Shown here: positions 31,862 to 40,373 of the stretch, one piece after another
Position numbering within the stretch: position 1 is the stretch's first letter
Layout of the letters: each line of letters begins with the position of its first letter
Assembly (NCBI GenBank): GCA_017881055.1
Contig: JADGRF010000013.1
Coordinates: 75,201 to 139,200 of the forward strand
Source: Sandaracinaceae bacterium
Lineage (GTDB): Bacteria; Myxococcota_A; Polyangia; Polyangiales; JAFGIB01
Direction: 5' to 3'
Length of the DNA stretch: 64,000 bases
Program-made: the position numbers and the translations under genes
The notes under the pieces: generated by a model
Database searches by the model: none
What the model was told of the DNA's origin: nothing
The model's input: only the letters and a program-made list of their open reading frames with translations

Positions 31862-33235
31862 TCAGCGCAGCTGAGTGCTTCCCGTCAGCGAGCGCTCGAA
31901 CCAGTCGCTGACGGCCACGCACGCTTCACGCACTTCGGCGCTGCCATCGAGCAAGAGCGCCAAGGGCCGCACCTCGACCGATTCAATTTCACCGCGCCGA
32001 TCGTTGACGAAAGCGGCTATGCGCAGCAGCACGTCACTGATCGCCTCGAGCCGTGCACGGCGCTCGGCGGGACTGTCGGCAAAGATCAGACTGCTGCCGG
32101 ACAAGCGTCGCAGCGAGCGTTCGATAGCGCGGTCGTTGGCGGGCAAGACGAGCACCGTGACGTCGTTTGCGGCGCGTCCGTGCGGGTCGGCGAAACCGAT
32201 CTCCATCGCCACGCGTCCGTGGGGCAGCGGCGTGGCGCGCAGCCCGAGCAACAGCGCGGCTTCGCTGGTCGCCGTCACCATCACGCCAAGCACACGCCGC
32301 TCGGTCTCGGCCGCCAGCGCACCGTCTTTTCCCAAGCGCTCTTCCGCTGCCGCCATCAGCTGCCGAAACGTGTCGCGCACTCGCGCTGCGTTGTCGACCA
32401 TGTCGATGCTCAAGTCGGGATGATCCCAGACCCGCAGATCGGGTGATGCGAGCGAGATGCGCACCGGATACCCGATGCGCGTCGCTTCGGCTGCAGCTCG
32501 CGACGAGCTCGCGCACAGTTCTTCGACCGGGAAGGGGATGCCGTAGGGTGCCAACGCGGCCTTGCTCGCGGGATCCGAGAGCGCGCGCCGCGGCCCGAAG
32601 ATCACGTCGAGCACTGCGCGCTCGTCGATGTCTTCCACGCTGGAGGAGAGCGGCGCCAACGTGCGTTCCGTGTTCGCAAGCGCAAGCAGCGCTTCCGCCA
32701 CGTCCGGTGTCTCGCCTAGCAGTGTGGTCGAGGCGTCCGGGTTTGCGGTCCAGCCGATGCGCGCGCCATCGAGCGGTACGAGCTGTCCGCCGGCCTTGGT
32801 GCCGGGCGTGATCACGGAGCGCAGGCGCGCGCGGTCGAGTGACGAGAGCGTGCGGGTCGAGGCCGCGTGCGCGTCGCGCGCTCCGGCACCGAGCAGCGCC
32901 AGTGCAGCCATCAGCGGCCGCAGCTCGGACACCGCGGTGATACCGAGATCGCCGGCGACGTCGAGCAGCGTGGCGCGCGTTGCGTGCGGCACGGGAAGGG
33001 CGAGTATCAGGGTGCAGGCGCGACCGCGCGCAGCGCTGGCGAGTTCGACGATCGCGTCGAGGCTTGGTGCGGTGCTGAGCGCCACGGCAATGGCTTCGTC
33101 GTGTGCCATGGCGCGTGCAGCGACCAGCAGAGGCTCCTGCTCGACGCTCGGTGCGACCTCGAGCCCGACCTGGGTCGCCGCGGCCAGACACTGCACCGCG
33201 AGGTCGGCGCTCTCACATAGGATTCGCCAGATCAT
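31862..33235 (-). CDS. Acyl-CoA synthetase (ADP-forming)-like protein with a degenerate ATP-grasp domain
   Basis: KAALAPYGIP..IGYPVRI..SPD and EIESVEVRPL resemble the ATP-grasp_5 fold; the HKSD motif is replaced by VWDH. Confidence 0.6.
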   Translation of the reverse strand: MIWRILCESADLAVQCLAAATQVGLEVAPSVEQEPLLVAARAMAHDEAIAVALSTAPSLDAIVELASAARGRACTLILALPVPHATRATLLDVAGDLGITAVSELRPLMAALALLGAGARDAHAASTRTLSSLDRARLRSVITPGTKAGGQLVPLDGARIGWTANPDASTTLLGETPDVAEALLALANTERTLAPLSSSVEDIDERAVLDVIFGPRRALSDPASKAALAPYGIPFPVEELCASSSRAAAEATRIGYPVRISLASPDLRVWDHPDLSIDMVDNAARVRDTFRQLMAAAEERLGKDGALAAETERRVLGVMVTATSEAALLLGLRATPLPHGRVAMEIGFADPHGRAANDVTVLVLPANDRAIERSLRRLSGSSLIFADSPAERRARLEAISDVLLRIAAFVNDRRGEIESVEVRPLALLLDGSAEVREACVAVSDWFERSLTGSTQLR

Positions 33236-33348
33236 GTCTCTAGGCCGCCTCCGCGGGGGCAGGTTGCGTATCGTAGCCCGCGCGCTGCTGGGTCGCGAAT
33301 TCGCGCTGCGCTGCCAACCAGTGCTGCGTCTGGTGTAGCCTGCCGACC

Positions 33349-34200
33349 ATGCGGAGCCTTGGCGAATGCGCAGTCGCTCTCATGCTGCTCGCCGGCACGC
33401 CGGGTGCCACGCGGGCCGAGGCACCGGCCGTGACCGGATCGCCAGCCCAAGGTCTGTCGCAAGCTCGCGAGCATTTCGCGCTGGGCTCGCGCGCTTTCGA
33501 CAACCACGACTACCGCACCGCCATCCGTGAGCTCGAGCTGGCCGCGGAGCTTGCACCGAGCGCGGAGCTCTGGTTCGACATTGGCCGCTCGCACGAGGAG
33601 CTCGCGGAGTACGAGCTCGCCGAAGCTGCGTACGAGCGCTACCTCCGGGATCGCGTCGATGCCAGCGACGAGGCCGACGTACGTGCGCGCATCGCACGCA
33701 TGGCGGAGCTCGCAGCGCGGGAGCGTCAGACGGCAAACAAGCCGCGTCTCATCGAGCTTGGCAGCTTGAAAGTGCACGTCGATCGCCCGGGGGCTTTGAT
33801 CCTGATGGACGGCCGCTTGCTCGGCCGCGCCCCGCTCGAGGATCCTTTGTCGCTTGGAGCCGGCCGCTACCGCTTGGACGTGATCGCTCCGGGTCAGATC
33901 CCGTTCCGCTCCGAGGTCGAGATCGCGCCCGGGGTGCTGACGTCCGCGTACGCGCAGTCGTTGCCCCTCGGCCGCGATCGCGAGAGCACGAAGCCGCGAG
34001 TTTGGACCTGGCTGGCAGCTGGGCTCGCGGCTGGCGGGGCGATCGCGTTCGGCGCGTCGACCGCAGCGATTCTCGCGCGCGAGCACGACGGTGATCGCGC
34101 CGGTGCGCGTCGCTGGCAGCAGCGGGCCGACGTCGCGCTGGGCGGTACGGTTCTGTGTGCGTTGTCGGCGACGCTGCTTTACTTCGTCGAGGCCAACTGA
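33349..34200 (+). CDS. TPR + PEGA domain membrane protein
   Basis: Signal peptide, TPR (HFALGSRAF..YERYL), PEGA (GALILMDGRLLGRAPL..G.YRLDV), C-terminal TM segments. Confidence 0.82.
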   Translation: MRSLGECAVALMLLAGTPGATRAEAPAVTGSPAQGLSQAREHFALGSRAFDNHDYRTAIRELELAAELAPSAELWFDIGRSHEELAEYELAEAAYERYLRDRVDASDEADVRARIARMAELAARERQTANKPRLIELGSLKVHVDRPGALILMDGRLLGRAPLEDPLSLGAGRYRLDVIAPGQIPFRSEVEIAPGVLTSAYAQSLPLGRDRESTKPRVWTWLAAGLAAGGAIAFGASTAAILAREHDGDRAGARRWQQRADVALGGTVLCALSATLLYFVEAN

Positions 34201-34365
34201 CGGGCGCTCTCGCAACGACCGACGCGAACGCACCGTTGATCTTGACCCTGCCGCGGCGTTCGGGAGATAGTTCTGCGGGCTCGGAAGTATCTTCAGCAGG
34301 TCGATTGCGCGCCTGTTCTGCTGTGCTGTGCGACGGTCTGTAGACGTCTTAAAGGAGACGCCCTC

Positions 34366-35868
34366 ATGCGGCTGAAGATTATCGTTGGAAACCTCGCAGT
34401 CGTCGTGCTCCTCGGGCTCGTTGCCTATTTCACGGTGACGAGTCAGCTGCGCTCGAAGCTTAGCGATCAACTCGAAGCCGACATCGACAACGACCGAGTG
34501 CTGTTCGACCGCTCGTTTCGGCTGTCGGCCCTGGAGTTCGTCGATCGGGTCGTCGATCGCGCCAGCGCGCGCCAGATGCGCGACATCTACGGCGGACTCG
34601 ACCTCGACAGTCGCCGCACTCGCGCGTACGAGGCAGCCGAAGCCACGCACGCGTGGTTCGGGGATCCTGCCCGAGGCGGCCGTGGTGCTCCGGATATCGT
34701 CGTCGTCGTCGACGAGACCGGCAAAACGATCGCCCGTGACGGGGCGCGCAACGTCATGTTCGGCAAGGCCTTGAGCCCGGCGATCCCGGCGTTGGGCCGT
34801 GCCCTTCAGAGCGGCGACGCCGCGCACGACATCTGGCTCGAAGGCGAACAGAACAAGGTCCTGCAGACGGCGATCGCGCCGATTCGCTCCGAGACAGGCA
34901 CGATCCTGGGCGCTCTGGTCGTGGGCTATGACTTGTCCAACGGTCTTGCGGCGAGCGAAGCCAAGGTCTTGGGCCGCGATGTTGCCTTCGTAGTCGACGG
35001 CAAGGTCTACAGCTCCTCGCTCGACGGCGGCGCTGCTCGGGACCTGAAAGACTTTCTGTTCGGTGGCGCTGGCGCCGCGACCACCAAAGCGGTGCTCGCC
35101 GGCCAGGTTGCCTCGACGCAGTCCTGGCGCGTAGCCCTCGGCGGTGCCGACTACACCGGCGTCACCTCGCGACTCCCGATGGCCCCCTCGCTGCCCGTCG
35201 CGTTCGCGGTCTTGGGCAATCGCACCGAGAAGGCCCAGCTCGCGTCGGTCGCCAACGTGATCTTGATCATGCTCGTGCTCGGCGGCCTGCTGGTCGTCGG
35301 TTACGGCTTCGTGATCGGCACCTCGATCATGCGAGCGATCGAGGAAATCGAGGAAGGGATCCTCGCGGTCATCAACGGCAAGACGGATCTGCGCCTCGAG
35401 ACCGACAGCGCCGAGCTGGGCGGTCTTGCATATCGCATCAACCAGTTGCTCAACGTCTTCACGGGGACGGAAGAGGGCACCGAAGACGACGAGGGCAAGA
35501 TCTCGGTGCCGCCAGCTGCAAGCGCGAGTCACTGGAAGGAAGCCGAGTTCAGCGACGCCGCTGCTGGCGGCGGTGCTGCTCCGCAGGCTGCGAGCCCCAC
35601 GGCCGAAGAAGTCATCGACGATCCCGCCATCGCCTCGCGATTGGCCGCAGAGCCCGAAGATGCGTACAACGATCGCGTCTACCGCGAGTACGCTGCGGCA
35701 AAGCAAGCCGTCGGCGAGAACGTCTCGAACATTCCGAAGGACCGCTTCTGCCAGCGTCTCAAGGGCCGCGGCGATGCGCTCGTGCAGAAGCACGGTTGCC
35801 GCATGGTTCGGTTCCAGGTACATACGGCCGGCAATCAGGTCACGCTTCAGCCGGTACTGATCCGGTAG
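34366..35868 (+). CDS. MXAN_5187-family-like membrane protein (TM, periplasmic Cache-like region, TM, HAMP, C-terminal domain)
   Basis: Two TM helices, HAMP (ELGGLAYRINQL), C-terminal YREYAAAK..F..L......H.C..VRFQV pattern; family name from recall. Confidence 0.65.
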   Translation: MRLKIIVGNLAVVVLLGLVAYFTVTSQLRSKLSDQLEADIDNDRVLFDRSFRLSALEFVDRVVDRASARQMRDIYGGLDLDSRRTRAYEAAEATHAWFGDPARGGRGAPDIVVVVDETGKTIARDGARNVMFGKALSPAIPALGRALQSGDAAHDIWLEGEQNKVLQTAIAPIRSETGTILGALVVGYDLSNGLAASEAKVLGRDVAFVVDGKVYSSSLDGGAARDLKDFLFGGAGAATTKAVLAGQVASTQSWRVALGGADYTGVTSRLPMAPSLPVAFAVLGNRTEKAQLASVANVILIMLVLGGLLVVGYGFVIGTSIMRAIEEIEEGILAVINGKTDLRLETDSAELGGLAYRINQLLNVFTGTEEGTEDDEGKISVPPAASASHWKEAEFSDAAAGGGAAPQAASPTAEEVIDDPAIASRLAAEPEDAYNDRVYREYAAAKQAVGENVSNIPKDRFCQRLKGRGDALVQKHGCRMVRFQVHTAGNQVTLQPVLIR

Positions 35869-35934
35869 TGCCCGCGGACCGGTTCGCGGACCGGTTTTCG
35901 GGACGTGAACGCTGGCTGCTAGGGCGTACGGCGC

Positions 35935-36657
35935 ATGGCGTTTTTAGGCATCTTCGGTAAGAAGTCCGAGTCCGGGCTGGGCAAGCACCCAGAGCGCGTT
36001 GCGAACAAGCGCGCGCAGGCCTACGACCGCTGGGAGTCTATCCAGGCCCTTGGCCGACTGCAGACGAAAGAAGCTGTCGAAGCCTTGCTTCCGCGCTTCA
36101 CGTTCTACGTCGAGCCCAGCATCACCGACCAAGAAGAGAAGGACGCCGCGTTCAGCGCGATCGTCGATTCGGGCGCCGTCGCCATCGAGCCCGTGTGCGC
36201 CTTCCTACGGCGCGTCGACTCGATCTCGTGGCCCGTGAAGATGCTCGACCAGCTCCTGCCCAGCGACATCGTCGTGGCGCACCTGATCGAGCTCCTGTCC
36301 TCCATGGACACGGAGTACGAGCGCGACCCCGAGTGCAAGATTCAAGTGCTCACCACGCTCTCGGAACGCCAGGACGCCCGCGTCGCTGCCGCTGCCGCCC
36401 GCTTCCTCTCCGACACCAACGAGACCGCCCGCTTCGCGGCCGTCGCCGCCTTGCTGGCCCAAGAGGGCGCCGTAGCCGCTCACTCGGCGGCGCTCATCGA
36501 CTGCCTGTGCAACGAAGAAAGCGTGCGCGTCCGCAACCGTATCCTCGAAGCCCTCGCGACCGCCGCCATCAGCGTCACCGCCCGCGAAGAAGCCGTGAAG
36601 GCCCGCCTAACCGCCGCCTACACCCTCTCGAAGTCCGGCATCCCCCAAAAGCGTTGA
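35935..36657 (+). CDS. HEAT-repeat protein
   Basis: Helical repeats (ETARFAAVAAL, ESVRVRNRILEAL). Confidence 0.72.
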   Translation: MAFLGIFGKKSESGLGKHPERVANKRAQAYDRWESIQALGRLQTKEAVEALLPRFTFYVEPSITDQEEKDAAFSAIVDSGAVAIEPVCAFLRRVDSISWPVKMLDQLLPSDIVVAHLIELLSSMDTEYERDPECKIQVLTTLSERQDARVAAAAARFLSDTNETARFAAVAALLAQEGAVAAHSAALIDCLCNEESVRVRNRILEALATAAISVTAREEAVKARLTAAYTLSKSGIPQKR

Positions 36658-36665
36658 CCTAACAC

Positions 36666-36784
36666 GCGCGCCCGCTTTGCCGCTGAGAGCGGCTTACGGC
36701 CTCGCGCGGGTCGGTCACGTACAGGAAGTACGCTCCCTCGCCGCGCTGCGGGCGCGCTCGCTCTCAGCGCCAAATCGAGCGCGC
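36666..36784. repeat. Long imperfect hairpin element (family 2), copy B
   Basis: GCGCGCCCGCTTTGCCGCTGAGAGCG / CGCTCTCAGCGCCAAATCGAGCGCGC arms; tip GGTCACGTAC-AGGAA-GTACG (36713-36732). Confidence 0.75.
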
Positions 36785-36825
36785 TTGACCACCAATGACG
36801 GTCCGGTCGATGCGCCCGCTCGCGA

Positions 36826-37716
36826 TCAGTCAGTCCCAGCGGTGCTCAGCTTGGGCGACGTCGGCAGATAGAAGGCGAAGCCCAGCGAGATCATGTGATT
36901 GAAGTGCGGAAGGCGGTCCTTCGAATCGATCTCGTTGTTCGGGAAGTCGCCGCGAGCGTTGCCGGATTCATCCGTGCCCGAGGTGTTCCACGAGAAGGGC
37001 AGCGCACGCCATTCGATCGTCATGGCCAAGAAGTCGTTGAAGTACAGCGACAGGCCGGCGCCAAAGGTTGGCGCGATGGCGGTACGCTTTGCGCGCGTGG
37101 TTTGCGACGCATCGAAACAATCTGCCTCGGCGGCGAGTCCGCCGCCCTTGCCGAGCGTTCGACAGTTGGCCACCACGCCGCCCGGGACGTCGGCGCGTTC
37201 CTCGAGACCCACGATGCCGACGCCGCCGAAGGCGTAGAAGTCCGTGTCGATGAACAGCTTTTCGAAGATGCCTAGCTTGCCGCGTAGCGGGATGAAGGCG
37301 ATCTGCGGCGCAGCGATCCATTTGACGTGGCCGATCTGCTGCGAGAACTTCGCGGGGTTGGGCAAGCTCAGCACGTTGACCGAGTTGGTCTGGCCCTTGC
37401 TGCCGACCTGATCCGTCAAGCCCGTATCGAGGTTCGCTGCCGCGACGCCGCCCCACACACCCAGGCCCAGCCAGTCGGTGGGGTGGAACATCAGCTGTCC
37501 GCCGGCGAGCATCGTGCGCGAGAACTCGTCGGTCAGCGTCATCGACGCTTGCAGCTGCAGCTGGAACCGCATCTCGCGATAGACGCGCAAACCGATGACC
37601 GCCGGCGCTCCTGCGAGTGGGCCCTTGACCTCGACGTCCTGCGCCTCTACGCGCGCGGCTCCGTTCAGAGCGAATACCGCCGCGAGCGTCGTCAACGTGA
37701 TTGCAAAACGCTTCAT
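36826..37716 (-). CDS. Myxobacterial outer-membrane beta-barrel protein (GltA/GltB/GltH family)
   Basis: Signal peptide MKRFAITL..AEA; amphipathic strands; PLRGKLGIF motif; C-terminal LGFAFYLP. Confidence 0.75.
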   Translation of the reverse strand: MKRFAITLTTLAAVFALNGAARVEAQDVEVKGPLAGAPAVIGLRVYREMRFQLQLQASMTLTDEFSRTMLAGGQLMFHPTDWLGLGVWGGVAAANLDTGLTDQVGSKGQTNSVNVLSLPNPAKFSQQIGHVKWIAAPQIAFIPLRGKLGIFEKLFIDTDFYAFGGVGIVGLEERADVPGGVVANCRTLGKGGGLAAEADCFDASQTTRAKRTAIAPTFGAGLSLYFNDFLAMTIEWRALPFSWNTSGTDESGNARGDFPNNEIDSKDRLPHFNHMISLGFAFYLPTSPKLSTAGTD

Positions 37717-37771
37717 TGTGCTCGTCACTTTCGCGTTCCTTGAGGACTGATGAAACCCGCTCAAACCGGGC

Positions 37772-38824
37772 TCACTTCGGGTAGCGGTACTCGAAGTTGA
37801 AGGGGAAGAACATCGTGAGACCCAAGTGCGCAGTCACGTTGTGCGTGAGCGTGGCGTTGGGATCGATCCAGGTGTTCCGATTTTCGCGATCGCTGAGAGA
37901 AACCTGTTGGTTCTCCAGCTTCTCGAGATACATGTAGTCGCGTAGCTCGCCGAAGGCCGACAGCCAGCGCGTGATGAACACGCGCAGACCGACGCCGACG
38001 TTGAACGCGACGCGCCAGTCGAAGCTGAACGAGCGCACCGCCGGATCGAACTCGGCAACCGGACGCGTACGGATCAAACCGACGCCGCCGACCAGATACG
38101 CGTCCCACTGGAAGATCGAGTCGTTGAACATCTCGAACTTGCCGTAGATCGGCACGTACGTGAAGTTCAGGTGACCGCCCAGCTGATACTCGGTGATCGG
38201 AACCGCGAGACGGGTCGAGCGGCGAACACTGAAATTCAGCTTCGATTCGGACTCGAGGCCCTGGTACCAGAGGAAGTTCGCGCCGACCGCGAGCACGTTC
38301 GTGACCCAGTAGTTGAGGCCCGCCGACAGAGCAGGGTGCGACACGTACGGATCGTTGACGGTGAACGCGATCGACGGGATCAGCTCGAAGCGGCCGCCGC
38401 GCAGAACGTACATGCGCTGGACCGCGTAGATCTTCTCGGCCGTTTCCTTCTCGCGCGGCAGGCTGCCCTCGTTGGACGCCTCGTCCTTGGTACCGCCCGC
38501 GGTTAGCTCGGAGAGCACGTCGCCGCCGCCACCCGCTTCGGCGCTGCCGCTGGCATCGCCTTCCGCGGCTGCGTCGTCCGAGCTCGGCTTGCCCTTGACA
38601 CCCTTGTCTTTGGCACCCTTGTCTTTGGCGCCCTTGTCTTTGGCGTCCTTGTCTTTGCCCGCTTTGGCGTCGCCTTTGCTCTCGGCTTCATCCAGATCGA
38701 ACGACATGTCCTGCGCCTTCGCGGGACGCGGAAGCGATCCGAGGGCCAGCAGGAGCACCAGTGCGGTCGAAGACCACCGCACCCAATTCAGCCATTGCAC
38801 TTCGTGCCGGAAACCCAGGTTCAT
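37772..38824 (-). CDS. Myxobacterial outer-membrane beta-barrel protein (GltA/GltB/GltH family) with an acidic/Lys-rich N-terminal linker
   Basis: IYAVQRMYVLRGGRFEL, NDPY, VPIYGKF, C-terminal LGLTMFFPFNFEYRYPK. Confidence 0.8.
   Translation of the reverse strand: MNLGFRHEVQWLNWVRWSSTALVLLLALGSLPRPAKAQDMSFDLDEAESKGDAKAGKDKDAKDKGAKDKGAKDKGVKGKPSSDDAAAEGDASGSAEAGGGGDVLSELTAGGTKDEASNEGSLPREKETAEKIYAVQRMYVLRGGRFELIPSIAFTVNDPYVSHPALSAGLNYWVTNVLAVGANFLWYQGLESESKLNFSVRRSTRLAVPITEYQLGGHLNFTYVPIYGKFEMFNDSIFQWDAYLVGGVGLIRTRPVAEFDPAVRSFSFDWRVAFNVGVGLRVFITRWLSAFGELRDYMYLEKLENQQVSLSDRENRNTWIDPNATLTHNVTAHLGLTMFFPFNFEYRYPK
38601..38660 (-). repeat. Coding VNTR, 4 x 15 nt (KDKGA-like)
   Basis: cccttgtctttggca / cccttgtctttggcg x2 / tccttgtctttgccc. 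Confidence 0.85.
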
Positions 38825-38990
38825 CGTTGCACCTAAAATCGTTGGCTACGCCTTCAGAGGTGTTCTGGTAACCGCGTGTAAGTCATCGAAACTGTTGATG
38901 AAAACACGAAATGCCCGGAGCGGGGTGGGACTATATCACGCCACATCTCACATTCGCAATCTGCGCGAAAATTGAGAAGAGAAGAGAGAG

Positions 38991-40265
38991 TCATGCTGTG
39001 AGCGTCTCTCCATCGGGCTTCGCGAAGAGCGCATCCACGAAGCTGTGTGGGTCGAACTCGCGGAGGTCTTCCACCCGTTCTCCGAGTCCGATGAAGCGCA
39101 CGGGCACTTTGTGTTCGTCGACGATGCCGAGGATCATCCCGCCCTTCGCCGTCCCATCGAGTTTCGTGAGCACAACGCCCGTGATCTGCAGGGCTTCGCG
39201 AAACATGTGCATTTGTTGCACAGCGTTCTGCCCTGTTGTCGCGTCGAGCACAAGCAAAATTTCATCGGCGGTCCGGCCGCCGAGCGCCTTCTGAATGGTG
39301 CGGTCGACCTTCTTCAGTTCCTCCATGAGAGGCGCCTTCGTGTGCAGTCGGCCGGCCGTGTCGGCGATCACCAGGTCGAACGATTCGTCCTGCGCCTTCT
39401 TGACGGCTTCGAAGATCACGGCACCAGGGTCGGAGCCTTCCTTGCCCTTGACCACCGGGCACTCGACCCGCTTGCCCCAGACTTCCAGCTGCAGCACGGC
39501 CGCTGCGCGGAACGTGTCACCGGCAGCGAGCAACGTCTTCTTCCCTTCGCCCGTGTAACGCGAGGCGAGCTTGCCGATGGTCGTCGTCTTGCCTGCCCCG
39601 TTGACGCCGATGATCAAGATCAGCGACGGCTTATTGGAAAGCGAGATCGGCTTTGCCGGGACGGTCAGCACTTCGATCGCCATCGCGCGCAGTGCGTTCC
39701 AGACGCTGTCCTCGTTGCTCAGCTCGCCGTTCTTCATCTGTTCGCGCAGCCGGCCCAGCATGCGCTCGCTCGTCTTCACGCCGATGTCGGCCGTGATCAA
39801 GACTTCCTCAATCTCTTCGAGCAAGGACGGATCGATCGTGGCGCGACCGCTGAAGAGCTTCGCTAGGCGAGCAACGAAACCACCGCGGGTATTGGCGAGG
39901 CCTTTCTTGAGCGCGGCGACATCGCGAGCGTGCTCTTCGTCCCGTGGCGAGACGACGGGCGCTGTCTCGGTCGCTTGCGGCGCGGGCGCGTGCCCTGCCT
40001 GCGCTGCAGCTGATGGCGGCGGCACGACACGCAGCTGCGGACTTGGTGCGGCTTCCGCGGCGGCGGGCCTGGCCGCGCCGACTTCGCTAGGCTTCGCCTG
40101 CGCGGGCGCTGACGGCGCAGCAGCAGCCGGTGCCGGCGCAGCTATCTTGGCCGCCGGCTTTGGCGGCGGAAGCTCGGCCTTCTTGCGGCGCGCGAGCGCG
40201 AAGATGATCAGACCCACGACCGCGAGCGCCACGGTGATCAGGGTGATCGAGAGGGTCATATCCAT
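38991..40265 (-). CDS. ftsY: SRP receptor FtsY with an N-terminal TM anchor
   Basis: GVNGAGKTTTIGKLA, DTFRAAA, DTAGRLH, TKLDGTAKGG; ATG 40265. Confidence 0.97.
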   Translation of the reverse strand: MDMTLSITLITVALAVVGLIIFALARRKKAELPPPKPAAKIAAPAPAAAAPSAPAQAKPSEVGAARPAAAEAAPSPQLRVVPPPSAAAQAGHAPAPQATETAPVVSPRDEEHARDVAALKKGLANTRGGFVARLAKLFSGRATIDPSLLEEIEEVLITADIGVKTSERMLGRLREQMKNGELSNEDSVWNALRAMAIEVLTVPAKPISLSNKPSLILIIGVNGAGKTTTIGKLASRYTGEGKKTLLAAGDTFRAAAVLQLEVWGKRVECPVVKGKEGSDPGAVIFEAVKKAQDESFDLVIADTAGRLHTKAPLMEELKKVDRTIQKALGGRTADEILLVLDATTGQNAVQQMHMFREALQITGVVLTKLDGTAKGGMILGIVDEHKVPVRFIGLGERVEDLREFDPHSFVDALFAKPDGETLTA

Positions 40266-40373
40266 GGCTTGGGTCGTGTGCCCGTCGCACGTTGTAAGCG
40301 CGGCGAGGCGGCCACTATAGAAATGGCTATGCGTCCACGTCAACGAGGATGTGGGAATGTTGCGCGACCTGAC

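Noticed and set aside
35873-35896. 12-bp direct repeat CGCGGACCGGTT x2 after the MXAN_5187-like gene
   Set aside because: Single short occurrence; cannot be told apart from a chance local duplication.
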